Positions 49,960 to 58,654 of a DNA stretch of 64,000 nucleotides are shown in pieces. This stretch comes from Patescibacteria group bacterium. GTDB taxonomy: Bacteria > Patescibacteriota > Minisyncoccia > Phycocordibacterales > CAIZLB01. How positions within the stretch are numbered: position 1 is the first letter of the stretch; the number at the start of each line of letters is the position of its first letter. Position numbers and translations under genes: made by a program. The stretch is taken from the NCBI GenBank assembly GCA_040384445.1, contig JAZKJG010000001.1, forward strand, positions 135,650-199,649, written 5' to 3'. The notes below the pieces were generated by a model. It worked only from the letters and a program-made list of their open reading frames with translations. It was not told the DNA's origin and searched no databases.

Positions 49960-51372
49960 ATGGAGAATTTAAAATCACCCTGGGTACATCAAATAGTACG
50001 ATCACGACCGATATACATGTTGCAAACTGATTTAGTGTGCGATATTTGTATTGTAGGCGGAGGAATTTCAGGCATAATGTCTGCGTACCAGATTCTAAAA
50101 AATACACGTAGAAATGTAGTAATCATAGACAGTCATGAAATTGGGCATGGAGCAACAGGACACAATGCAGGACAACTTGTAGATGAACTCGAGCGTTCTG
50201 TCGCATCTTTGGTTGAAGAATTTGGTTTAGAAAAAACTATTGAAGGACTCAGATCAGTTCATTCAGGATGGGCAATTCTTGAAGAGATTGTACAGGAAGC
50301 AAAACTATCTATTCCGTATTCTACGTTTGAGGGATATAGTATGTACTCAACCAAAAAACAGATTTTCGATCAGCTTCTTGATATATCTTTGATGCATCAG
50401 GGCGGTATGCAACCTAAAAAAATGTATATTTCAGAGCAACATGTACACACTCTTTCTATTCCTGATATGTATAGTGAATACTATCAAGTAATTCCTCATG
50501 AATCAGTTCTATCAATTGGAGAAACAAAAAATCCTACCTACATAGCCGCATTTCCAAGTAAGCGAGGATGTTTAAACAGTGCGCTTTTAGTTGAACAACT
50601 TGCAACGTATCTCACAGAAACGTACAGTGTTGATAGATGTAAAATTTATGAGAATACACTTGTAAATGTAATTGACCTTGATACAGGTTCTATTGCAATC
50701 CATATTGGATTAAATAATAAAACTATTTGTGCAGAGACATTATTATTATGTACAAACGGTTTTGAGCATTTCACCATCAATGATTTAACTCAGAAGATCA
50801 ATCACTCATTCCATAAAAATGTAAAAGGTGTAATCGGATACATGCTTGCACAAACAGAAGAAATTGATCATATTCCATCTGCATTTTCGTACTGCGATCC
50901 GTCATATGACATCATAGCACCTGATGTTCTAACTGCAGGTATTAACACTTCACGAGATATTGCCTATGCGGGAGACTATGTATATACAACACGAAGACCA
51001 TATGATATTGGACACGAAGAACCTAAAAATCTTTTTTGCCTAGGAGGAAAAGCACGAGTGGTAGAGGATTCAACAACGTATTTAAAAAGTCACATATATC
51101 TCCCTGCTATAAAAAGGGAATATGAAGATTTTATTGCATCAAACTTTAATTCAAAAAAAGATGAAGCTGGTCACAGAGAATTTGTGTGGCATGGACTTAT
51201 GGGATATACGCGAAATGGAGTGCGTATGGTTGGATTTGAAAAAAAGAATTCATTACTTATGTACAACTTAGGATGCAACGGTGTTGGAATCCTCCCTGCT
51301 GTATGGTCAGGGAAGAGAATTGCCAATCTCCTGCTTGGGGATAAGACTATAAGCATGTTTGATCCTAAGTAG
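49960..51372 (+). CDS. FAD-dependent oxidoreductase (DadA/PuuB-like)
   Basis: IVGGGISG, GATGHNAG, WHGLMGYT, GCNGVG. Confidence 0.85.
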   Translation: MENLKSPWVHQIVRSRPIYMLQTDLVCDICIVGGGISGIMSAYQILKNTRRNVVIIDSHEIGHGATGHNAGQLVDELERSVASLVEEFGLEKTIEGLRSVHSGWAILEEIVQEAKLSIPYSTFEGYSMYSTKKQIFDQLLDISLMHQGGMQPKKMYISEQHVHTLSIPDMYSEYYQVIPHESVLSIGETKNPTYIAAFPSKRGCLNSALLVEQLATYLTETYSVDRCKIYENTLVNVIDLDTGSIAIHIGLNNKTICAETLLLCTNGFEHFTINDLTQKINHSFHKNVKGVIGYMLAQTEEIDHIPSAFSYCDPSYDIIAPDVLTAGINTSRDIAYAGDYVYTTRRPYDIGHEEPKNLFCLGGKARVVEDSTTYLKSHIYLPAIKREYEDFIASNFNSKKDEAGHREFVWHGLMGYTRNGVRMVGFEKKNSLLMYNLGCNGVGILPAVWSGKRIANLLLGDKTISMFDPK

Positions 51373-51392
51373 ATCTCAGGTATAATTAATGT

Positions 51393-51470
51393 ATGGCAAA
51401 AGGAGAACATCGAGATAAAAAAAACAAACAGGTTAAAAAACCTAAGAAGGAAGCTGCTCCTAAAAAATAA
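51393..51470 (+). CDS. Tiny Lys-rich protein, 25 aa (not in ORF track)
   Basis: MAKGEHRDKKNKQVKKPKKEAAPKK; TATAAT at 51381-86; terminator-like hairpin follows. Confidence 0.5.
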   Translation: MAKGEHRDKKNKQVKKPKKEAAPKK

Positions 51471-51698
51471 AGAGTAGGTAATACTTCAAAGAAAACGCTC
51501 ACAATATAACAGTGGGTGTTTTTTGTTATACATGAAAATGACTTGCATTAACGAAAGATGAAAAATAATAATGTAATAGTTAAAATAGCAAAGTGATTAC
51601 ATTTAAATTATGAATTTGTTTTTTGGCGAAAACAGTGGGGAGTAATACTTTTGGGCTATTCTAGGTTAGGCAAGGTTACTTCTGGTTATTATAATATG

Positions 51699-51725
51699 GT
51701 GTCGCACAATATATCTTTGCGACAC
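51699..51725. other. Palindrome resembling a dif/Xer recombination site
   Basis: GTGTCGCA-caatatatctt-TGCGACAC; similar to the dif left arm GGTGCGCATAA but one base shorter than canonical geometry. Confidence 0.3.
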
Positions 51726-51787
51726 GTACTGTAGGGGGAAAAGAGCCCTGAAGCGGCCATGTGGCTACTTAGGGCTTTTGGTTGAAT

Positions 51788-52276
51788 CTAGCGACGCTTA
51801 ATCCAGACACCTTGTTGTAAATCTTTTTCAGCAAACAATTCAAAGTTATTTGGATTTAAAAAATATTCCTCAAAAATTCCGCCCGGAGTGTTTTCCATTA
51901 TCATAGAAGCTTTTGCTCCAATCGAATCAGACAGTTCAAGTTCGAGCTCATCTGTGACAGCCATCCATACAAAGTATGGGTAGTCATGTGCCAGTAGCTC
52001 ATGTAAACCCTTAAGGACAAATAATCCTGTCAGGCAATCGTTATTAAAATTACTAGTATACAGATCCCTGTACGCAGCAGCCATGACCCTGAGTCGAAGT
52101 ATGTGATCTGAGTTCATATGGATCGCATGCAAATCACTTCTCGAAATTGATGGCTGTGTAGCTTCAAACAATTCCACCAAATCTTCATTGGAAGAATCGA
52201 ATTCTTTGGATTGTAGAAATTTCAGCAGTTCAGCGTAAAAATCTCCACGAGTTGGTTGAGTTTCTATATCTAACAT
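51788..52276 (-). CDS. Orphan protein (solo cassette)
   Basis: ATG start MLDIE; terminator 51739-51779. Confidence 0.6.
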   Translation of the reverse strand: MLDIETQPTRGDFYAELLKFLQSKEFDSSNEDLVELFEATQPSISRSDLHAIHMNSDHILRLRVMAAAYRDLYTSNFNNDCLTGLFVLKGLHELLAHDYPYFVWMAVTDELELELSDSIGAKASMIMENTPGGIFEEYFLNPNNFELFAEKDLQQGVWIKRR

Positions 52277-52491
52277 AATTTTCAAAAGTTCAGTTAAAAC
52301 AAGCCTCTACAATCGCCCACGACGAACGATTGTGGCTAGGGATAGCCTAGCATATGTCTCCTTTCCTGTCTCGTACCTCTCTTTTCTAAATGCAAATAAC
52401 TTGCACTAGGGCAATAGAGAAGTCTTGTGTATAATAAGGCTTTAGGCCTCGCACATTGCTGAAGCCACAATCCTATACCATCAAAACCCTT

Positions 52492-52812
52492 ATGTTTGTT
52501 AATGACATAGATGACCGTATCGACGATTTCGAATCCTATGCAAAATTATTTGAACAAATTACACATCGCACACTCAGTCATGAAGAATGGACTCAGATCA
52601 AAACATATTTAGCGAGTAGACAGCAAATAAAACCACCAGTAGTACAGTGGAGTGACTTTAGATCATTCGCAGATCGTTTTGATGTAGCACATCCATACTT
52701 TATGGGACACCCTGTGCCGATGCTTATCATGGCAACTTGGGCACAGTACGTAAACTCTATAACACCTGAGGAACTTGACGTTGTCAAGAGGATGTGGCGA
52801 ACCGCCAGATAA
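52492..52812 (+). CDS. Orphan protein (solo cassette)
   Basis: TGTATAAT promoter; leader CAAAACCCTT; terminator 52816-52850 with CTCAA loop. Confidence 0.6.
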   Translation: MFVNDIDDRIDDFESYAKLFEQITHRTLSHEEWTQIKTYLASRQQIKPPVVQWSDFRSFADRFDVAHPYFMGHPVPMLIMATWAQYVNSITPEELDVVKRMWRTAR

Positions 52813-52841
52813 TTCAAAAACCTGAACTCCTACTCAAGGAT

Positions 52842-53360
52842 TCAGGTTTTATTTTTTAATTCTCTTTGAAGTACTTTATAATCTGGAATCATCTCCCCTA
52901 CCAAATCCCAAAACTTTTGTGAATGATTAAATTCTCCCAGATGACATATTTCATGGACCACAAGGTAGTTAGCTAAGTTTTCCGGGAGCAGAGCAATCTT
53001 GTAGTTGAAGTTCAGATTCCCCTGTTTTGAACAGCTCCCCCACCGTGTTTTCTGATTTCGTATACAAATATTGTTATATGTAAATTTATAATATTGATTA
53101 AAATATTTTACTTTTTCTTGTGCGATGTGTAATGCTTTTACTTTTAATTCTGCAATCTCTTTTTTTGTATGTTTAATAGTTTGTGATTTTGGGAGAGAAT
53201 TGAATTTTTCAATGATCCAACTTGACTTTGTTTGAATAAAGTGTTCAGCAGTCGCGATAGATACTCGTTTAGGTTTCGTGACAATAACTCTTCCATCAGC
53301 TTTGATCGAAATACGAAGGTTTTTTGCTCTGGGGTGTGATCTGAGAGTGTATGGAGGCAT
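52842..53360 (-). CDS. M48/YgjP (DUF45) metal-dependent hydrolase
   Basis: QKTRWGSCS, YLVVHEICHL..NHS..FW. Confidence 0.88.
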   Translation of the reverse strand: MPPYTLRSHPRAKNLRISIKADGRVIVTKPKRVSIATAEHFIQTKSSWIIEKFNSLPKSQTIKHTKKEIAELKVKALHIAQEKVKYFNQYYKFTYNNICIRNQKTRWGSCSKQGNLNFNYKIALLPENLANYLVVHEICHLGEFNHSQKFWDLVGEMIPDYKVLQRELKNKT

Positions 53361-53390
53361 TGCTACAAGTATATGGTAGACTGCATATGT

Positions 53391-54104
53391 ATGCAAAATT
53401 CACCTCGTACACTCGCAGAAAACCTCATACGACTCGAAAAACACATTGCCAACCTTGGTCTTGCATCACGTCGCGAAGCTAAAGATTTGATATTGAAAGG
53501 TTTAGTTTCTGTGAATGGAAATGTAGTAACAGATACTGGATTTGGTTTTGATATTACTAAAGATACGATTTCAGTTAAACAAGACGATATTAAAAAAGAA
53601 TATATACTGTTGTATAAGCCTCGAGGTATTGAGACAAATAAAACAGCAGACCATTTGCAAGATATTCATGATGTGTACCCGCAGTTCAAACACCTCGCAC
53701 CGATTGGAAGACTTGATGCAGATTCTGAGGGTTTGATTATTCTTTCAAATGATGGAGTTTTAGCTAAGGTTTTAACACAGCCAGATAGCCATGTTGGGAA
53801 AACGTATAGGGTGACCGTACGCGAAAGTGTGACTGAAAACGCTATAAAGACCATGTCTGAAGGAATACTCTTGGATGGGGTCAAAACAAAGCCTGCTGAG
53901 GCGGTCCGTGAGTCTGAGCATGTGTTTACGATAGTGCTTCATGAGGGACGGAAGCATCAGATTCGGAGGATGGCGGATGCGGTTAAGTTGACGGTGGAGA
54001 GTTTGGTGAGGGTCGGGATTGGTTCTCTTGGTTGTGAGGGGTTGAGTGTGGGTGGTTTTAGGGAGTTGAGTGAGGAGGAAGTTGACGAGTTAAAGGGACT
54101 ATAA
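53391..54104 (+). CDS. RsuA/RluB family pseudouridine synthase
   Basis: S4 domain (SRREA), YKPRG, IGRLD.DSEGL, EGRKHQIRRM. Confidence 0.93.
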   Translation: MQNSPRTLAENLIRLEKHIANLGLASRREAKDLILKGLVSVNGNVVTDTGFGFDITKDTISVKQDDIKKEYILLYKPRGIETNKTADHLQDIHDVYPQFKHLAPIGRLDADSEGLIILSNDGVLAKVLTQPDSHVGKTYRVTVRESVTENAIKTMSEGILLDGVKTKPAEAVRESEHVFTIVLHEGRKHQIRRMADAVKLTVESLVRVGIGSLGCEGLSVGGFRELSEEEVDELKGL

Positions 54105-54172
54105 TTTGCAAAAACAAAACCCTCGCACAGTACCCGAAGGTACCGTACGAGGGATCTCTTGCTCAGATTTGA

Positions 54173-54655
54173 TCAAACACCAACTAGCTGAGCTTTCCAT
54201 AACCGCCTGCTTTTTCGCAACAAATCAGCGATTTTTTCCTGATAGTAATTAACCTGCCTCAGAACAAGAGGAGCGACCGTTTGAGGGTTGAAAAGAGGAA
54301 TGAACATGTCGTCATAGGCGATTTCATCTCTCCTTTTCATTAAATCCTTGAGTTCCACATTCATCAAAACAGGAGCGAACGTAACCACCATAAGTTGTCT
54401 TGTAATAGGATGAGGCAGTAATACATCTCCGACTGAGATTGGGTACAAAGACTCGTTCTGTTTAGTATACATTTGGCGAGATCTCACTGCCAACCACCCA
54501 ATCACGTGAGGCCAGTTCATTTCATGGTTTGATAAGTATTTTACTTCTTCAAAATTTCTTGCCACAAGAGCAGCAAGTTTAGTGTTCATTTCTTCGTCAG
54601 AAAACATCGTCTCATGACATTCAAGGTACAGTGACCAAAATTCAGCTTCGTTCAT
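54173..54655 (-). CDS. Orphan protein, FW...SVGD family copy 3 (solo cassette)
   Basis: EFWSLY...FSDE...ISVGDVLL...FIPLF; terminator 54111-54155. Confidence 0.65.
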   Translation of the reverse strand: MNEAEFWSLYLECHETMFSDEEMNTKLAALVARNFEEVKYLSNHEMNWPHVIGWLAVRSRQMYTKQNESLYPISVGDVLLPHPITRQLMVVTFAPVLMNVELKDLMKRRDEIAYDDMFIPLFNPQTVAPLVLRQVNYYQEKIADLLRKSRRLWKAQLVGV

Positions 54656-54754
54656 TAGGGTATATAATTTGGTTAGGATCCATGTGTGATAATACAACAT
54701 TATATTGATAAAATCAATACCCCACGCGACAACAGTCACGTGGGGGTATAAGTA

Positions 54755-55183
54755 TCAGGCAATCTGCCTTTCCCTCTTCTCAATCCAATCATCATAGTAT
54801 TCAAGACCCTTGGGCCACTTAGCAATCGCCGTAACGACATGCTGGAGCTCAAACAATGGAAGCCAGATCCTGTAGTGCGAGGCGTCCGTAAAGATCACTG
54901 AGCGAGGAATTTGCCGAGGAGTCATATTGTTGAAGAGCACAAAGTCATTGGTACTCGTGTCAAGAACCAAAACATCCCCAACAGATATTCCCCCGGCATA
55001 CGTATGGTGAGGTTTTCCATGAGCGAGAGCAATGTGTCCGATCAAATCTCTACCACTTCTCTGAATAGGTCTGTCTTCAAGCATTCTATGCAGTTTATCA
55101 GAAAGCCCCATCGCAAGACCTTCGTCCTTGAACTGGGTCTTAAGGTATTCATCGTAAAATCTCCAAAATTGTCCGAATTTCAT
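54755..55183 (-). CDS. Orphan protein, FW...SVGD family copy 2 (solo cassette)
   Basis: QFWRFY...FKDE...ISVGDVLVLD...WLPLF; TTGACT-17-TATTGT; hairpin 54717-54749. Confidence 0.65.
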   Translation of the reverse strand: MKFGQFWRFYDEYLKTQFKDEGLAMGLSDKLHRMLEDRPIQRSGRDLIGHIALAHGKPHHTYAGGISVGDVLVLDTSTNDFVLFNNMTPRQIPRSVIFTDASHYRIWLPLFELQHVVTAIAKWPKGLEYYDDWIEKRERQIA

Positions 55184-55256
55184 AAAGGTTCACAGGTTGA
55201 TGGTTACTAATCCTCCTAAAACAATACAATTTATATTTTATCAAGTCAAGCAAACG

Positions 55257-55709
55257 TCACTTACTCATCCAGAGTGTTCGTTTGTTAAACCACTCCATGT
55301 ATCCATGTTGTGAAATGTCTCCGGCTTTTTGAACAGCTTCAGTATCGGCAATATGGTAAAACGGGAGTAGTAAGAGTTTACCATCCTCGACAAGAGGAAT
55401 TTGTGCAAAATCGGCAGCTGACCACCGAGCAGCAACACATGTGTGGTTTATAAGTATAAATTCCGAATTGAGTTTATCTATCACTACAAGATTCCCAACC
55501 TCGAACTCAACTTTTCCAACAGTTCTTTTTGCTTGAACCCGAAAAGATTGAATTTCTTGTAATCCCAGTTGAGGATTTTTGAGTGTGTAGAAAACATCAA
55601 CATATGGAAGAAGTCTTTTATTCATCTCCTCCCATGCGGCTTCATCTGTAAATCCAGACTGAAAATAAAGAACATACAGTTCCCAGAATCGAAGTGTAAC
55701 AGGTATCAT
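55257..55709 (-). CDS. Orphan protein, FW...SVGD family copy 1 (solo cassette)
   Basis: RFWELY...FTDE...FEVGNLVVID...LLPFY; leader CTTTTAACCC. Confidence 0.65.
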   Translation of the reverse strand: MIPVTLRFWELYVLYFQSGFTDEAAWEEMNKRLLPYVDVFYTLKNPQLGLQEIQSFRVQAKRTVGKVEFEVGNLVVIDKLNSEFILINHTCVAARWSAADFAQIPLVEDGKLLLLPFYHIADTEAVQKAGDISQHGYMEWFNKRTLWMSK

Positions 55710-55766
55710 GATGGTGTGTTTGGGTTAAAAGTACTAACAATTCCTGAACACAGGATACTATAATTT

Positions 55767-56489
55767 TTACCGTTTTGCGAGCATCACAGCCCTCTCCTCC
55801 GGATGAAATTTCTCAATCGCATATCGAAGTGTGGTTCTACTCATATCTCTAAACTTTAATGTAATATATTTCCGAAGCTCATTGGGAGCCACACGCTTTC
55901 CGGCCTCCCGAAGCATCCATCCAACTGCTTTATGCATCAAATCATGTTTATGTCCCAATAATTCATCAGCAAGCATGTACGTATATTTCGTCTCTCCGTG
56001 TTTTATGAATGCAAATGTAGAAATCATTGCAATTCTTTGGCTCCACATGTGCTTTGATTTTGCCAATTTCAACAATGTTGCAGAAATTTTCTTTTCATCT
56101 TTTACTTGATCTCTCAAGTAAGCACCTAGCAATTTATCAGCAGACGTATCAACTAAATCCCAGTTATTTACGTACTGTACATTATTTAAATAATTTGTAA
56201 TCACATGTTTATCTTTTGTTTTTTCAAAATGAGAAATCATCAAAAACAACGCAATCAATCGTTCCTCATGATATTTGGATGTAAGCAAAATACACACATC
56301 ATCTTGCGACAAGTGTGTGTATTTTTTTGCAATTTTCCGACACAACGGAACCGTCAATCCAAGAAACCTGTCCCCTTCGCCATACTGGCCTTTACCAGTT
56401 TGAAAAAAATGGGCAATTAGTTTTGCTCGAAGTGGTTGTTCGTGTGAACGAATTTCTTTTGTAAGATTATTGAGCTTGTTCACCGTCAT
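55767..56489 (-). CDS. DNA alkylation repair enzyme (AlkD-like)
   Basis: GQYGEGD.FLG..VP, HEER, NNWDLVD, KAVGWMLREAGK, RTTLRYAIEK; exact start uncertain. Confidence 0.88.
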   Translation of the reverse strand: MTVNKLNNLTKEIRSHEQPLRAKLIAHFFQTGKGQYGEGDRFLGLTVPLCRKIAKKYTHLSQDDVCILLTSKYHEERLIALFLMISHFEKTKDKHVITNYLNNVQYVNNWDLVDTSADKLLGAYLRDQVKDEKKISATLLKLAKSKHMWSQRIAMISTFAFIKHGETKYTYMLADELLGHKHDLMHKAVGWMLREAGKRVAPNELRKYITLKFRDMSRTTLRYAIEKFHPEERAVMLAKR

Positions 56490-56658
56490 TTCGTATTGGA
56501 ATTGTCACATCGGCTTCTATACTATCGCTCACAGCTTCAGTTGGTTTAGTAGCAGGATTAGCACCTCTCATGTATAGAAACACTCCGCCTAGGATAAGCG
56601 CACCTAGAATAAGTCCAATGAATAATGTTGATGAATTGCTTTGTGTTGGTTGTTCCAT
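56467..56658 (-). CDS. Small single-TM protein
   Basis: 63 aa with one TM helix and a polar tail. Confidence 0.6.
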   Translation of the reverse strand: MEQPTQSNSSTLFIGLILGALILGGVFLYMRGANPATKPTEAVSDSIEADVTIPIRNDGEQAQ

Positions 56659-56686
56659 ATAAGTAGTTAAAGTGATTACCTATTAA

Positions 56687-56932
56687 TTATTGCACCTTCT
56701 CTAAGTATATCACCCCCTCTTTGATTGTCGACCTAAATCCTTTTTCTTTTATGTAATTTTGCACATATGCAGGTAGTACAGGGCCAGTTTGAGAACGATT
56801 TCCAACACCCACCACAAAACGCACATCAGTAATTTCTGGATGATCAAAAAGATATTCAAAAACTTCATCCAAAACTATTTTAGCTTCGGACATCGAAAGA
56901 CCGTGTAAATCTATTTCGTACTCATGTTGCAT
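56687..56932 (-). CDS. Stand-alone Smr domain protein
   Basis: IDLHGLS..EA...VVGVG.RS..GPVL. Confidence 0.85.
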   Translation of the reverse strand: MQHEYEIDLHGLSMSEAKIVLDEVFEYLFDHPEITDVRFVVGVGNRSQTGPVLPAYVQNYIKEKGFRSTIKEGVIYLEKVQ

Positions 56933-57366
56933 ATTAAATCGTATTCTGTTTTCGTGACCGGTGTAATTGATAATCGAGACCCTTTTTGAAACATCTGCAT
57001 TTTTTGTAGTTTAGGTGCCTTTTTCATTTCCTCTAGGAGCACTGGTCTTGTAAATGTAGAAACATACGCTACATCGACACATTCCCAAATAGGTTTTTCC
57101 TTTGTAGATTTAGGATCAAAATGCTCATCCTTTGGATCCTGTGCCGAGATGTCAGGATGGGCTGTTTTACACACTTTCGCGATTCCAAAGACACCAGTTG
57201 GTTTTGAACTCGAATGATAGAACAACACCATATCCCCCACACTCATCTCTTTCATATAATTTCGTGCTTGGTAATTTCGTACCCCCGACCATGGTGATTT
57301 TTTATCCTTCTTGAGCTGACTGATAGGATAACAATCTCCTTCTGATTTCATAAGATAGTAGTTCAT
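56911..57366 (-). CDS. EVE domain protein
   Basis: YYLMKSE, WSGVRNYQARN, GDMVLFYHS, SRLSITPV. Confidence 0.9.
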   Translation of the reverse strand: MNYYLMKSEGDCYPISQLKKDKKSPWSGVRNYQARNYMKEMSVGDMVLFYHSSSKPTGVFGIAKVCKTAHPDISAQDPKDEHFDPKSTKEKPIWECVDVAYVSTFTRPVLLEEMKKAPKLQKMQMFQKGSRLSITPVTKTEYDLICNMSTK

Positions 57367-57391
57367 AGTATGAGTATAGTATACTTATTGC

Positions 57392-58015
57392 ATGAAAAAT
57401 ATCTACAGAGGATTGGCACTTTTTGTATTTTGCATCGGTCTAGGATTTGCTGTTTCGTATAATTTTTTGAATATTACATTTATAAATAAGCTGGTTGTTC
57501 AATTTTTTACTTCAATTCGAAATGAAGTTGGAATGGAGTTGATGAAGTCTGTCACTACATTTGGGGAGAGTTCGATTCTTACACCATTAATTATTATTTC
57601 ACTTATGTTTTTCTTACTTAAGAAACACTGGGAGTATGGGGTTATATTTGGTCTCGGAATTTATGTTGTAAATTTTCTAACAACATACGCCAAAAACTTT
57701 TTTGATATCGCTCGACCTCTTGCACAATTCGGTTACTCTGCTCGAGGATATGCATACCCTAGTGGGCACGTGTCTAATGCAGCAATTGTATTTTTAACAT
57801 TAGCTCTGTATTTCTTAAGTGTACAAAATAAAGTAATTAAATATATTGGAGTAAGCATATGTACCCTTGCTACTATTGGAGTTGGAATTAGTCGAATGTA
57901 TTTAAATGTACACTGGTTTACCGATGTAATTGGAGGCACATGTTTAGCTTTGAGTATTATCCTTATTCTGTATGGGATTGTTCAGGTTCTGGAGAGACCT
58001 AAGTTTGTACGGTAG
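57392..58015 (+). CDS. PAP2 family phosphatase
   Basis: K......RP, YPSGH, SRMYLNVHWFTDVIGG. Confidence 0.9.
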   Translation: MKNIYRGLALFVFCIGLGFAVSYNFLNITFINKLVVQFFTSIRNEVGMELMKSVTTFGESSILTPLIIISLMFFLLKKHWEYGVIFGLGIYVVNFLTTYAKNFFDIARPLAQFGYSARGYAYPSGHVSNAAIVFLTLALYFLSVQNKVIKYIGVSICTLATIGVGISRMYLNVHWFTDVIGGTCLALSIILILYGIVQVLERPKFVR

Positions 58016-58111
58016 ATTTGCTTTTTTTGCTAGATTATGCTATAATACTTAAGTTCAGTAAGACTTTCGCATGTTGCGAGAGTCAGATAAAATCCAGATC
58101 TTTCACTTCTT

Positions 58112-58582
58112 ATGAACAAACAAATCGCCCAGGTGATCTTTCAACTCATCGATCCAAAGATGGTTGATAAAGAGCAGCAATTCGAATCATTCATGAAAAT
58201 CGTCAAAGGTATCATGGTTTTCATCGGACTGTTTGCAATCTTCCTTATCTGGGGATGCGGACTGTCTCCAGTTGCCAATGTGGCAATCCTCTTTGGGTCC
58301 TGCCTTACAGCACGCCTCGCTTACCATCTTGGGTTACTCTACTTTAGTAGCGAAGAGCGCGACAGCATCAAGCAATGGAAAAAGATTCAGCATCGCTTCG
58401 TGCGATTGGATCATTTCCACAGGCTATACAACACTTTGAAAGAACATGCTAGTGTGTCTGAAAAAAACATCGACTTGATTTTTTTGAAGAAACACTACCA
58501 AGACAGGATTCGTAACCGCGAATCTGTCCTACATGGTCCGTCAGAGTATACGATGCCCGGCATGTCCATCATTCACCGTTAG
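58112..58582 (+). CDS. Orphan two-TM protein (solo cassette)
   Basis: TGCTATAAT promoter; 5' hairpin GACTTTCGCA/TGCGAGAGTC; terminator 58593-58627. Confidence 0.65.
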   Translation: MNKQIAQVIFQLIDPKMVDKEQQFESFMKIVKGIMVFIGLFAIFLIWGCGLSPVANVAILFGSCLTARLAYHLGLLYFSSEERDSIKQWKKIQHRFVRLDHFHRLYNTLKEHASVSEKNIDLIFLKKHYQDRIRNRESVLHGPSEYTMPGMSIIHR

Positions 58583-58654
58583 CATTCAAACACGCGCCCG
58601 TAGGTTTTCCTACGTGGCGCGGTTTTTCATTTTTGTTATGAAAATACTTTCTTT

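Noticed and set aside
51788-52812. Paralogy or toxin-antitoxin relationship of the divergent orphan pair
   Set aside because: Only a PYF tripeptide is shared, the genes are divergent rather than operonic, and no toxin motif is recognisable.
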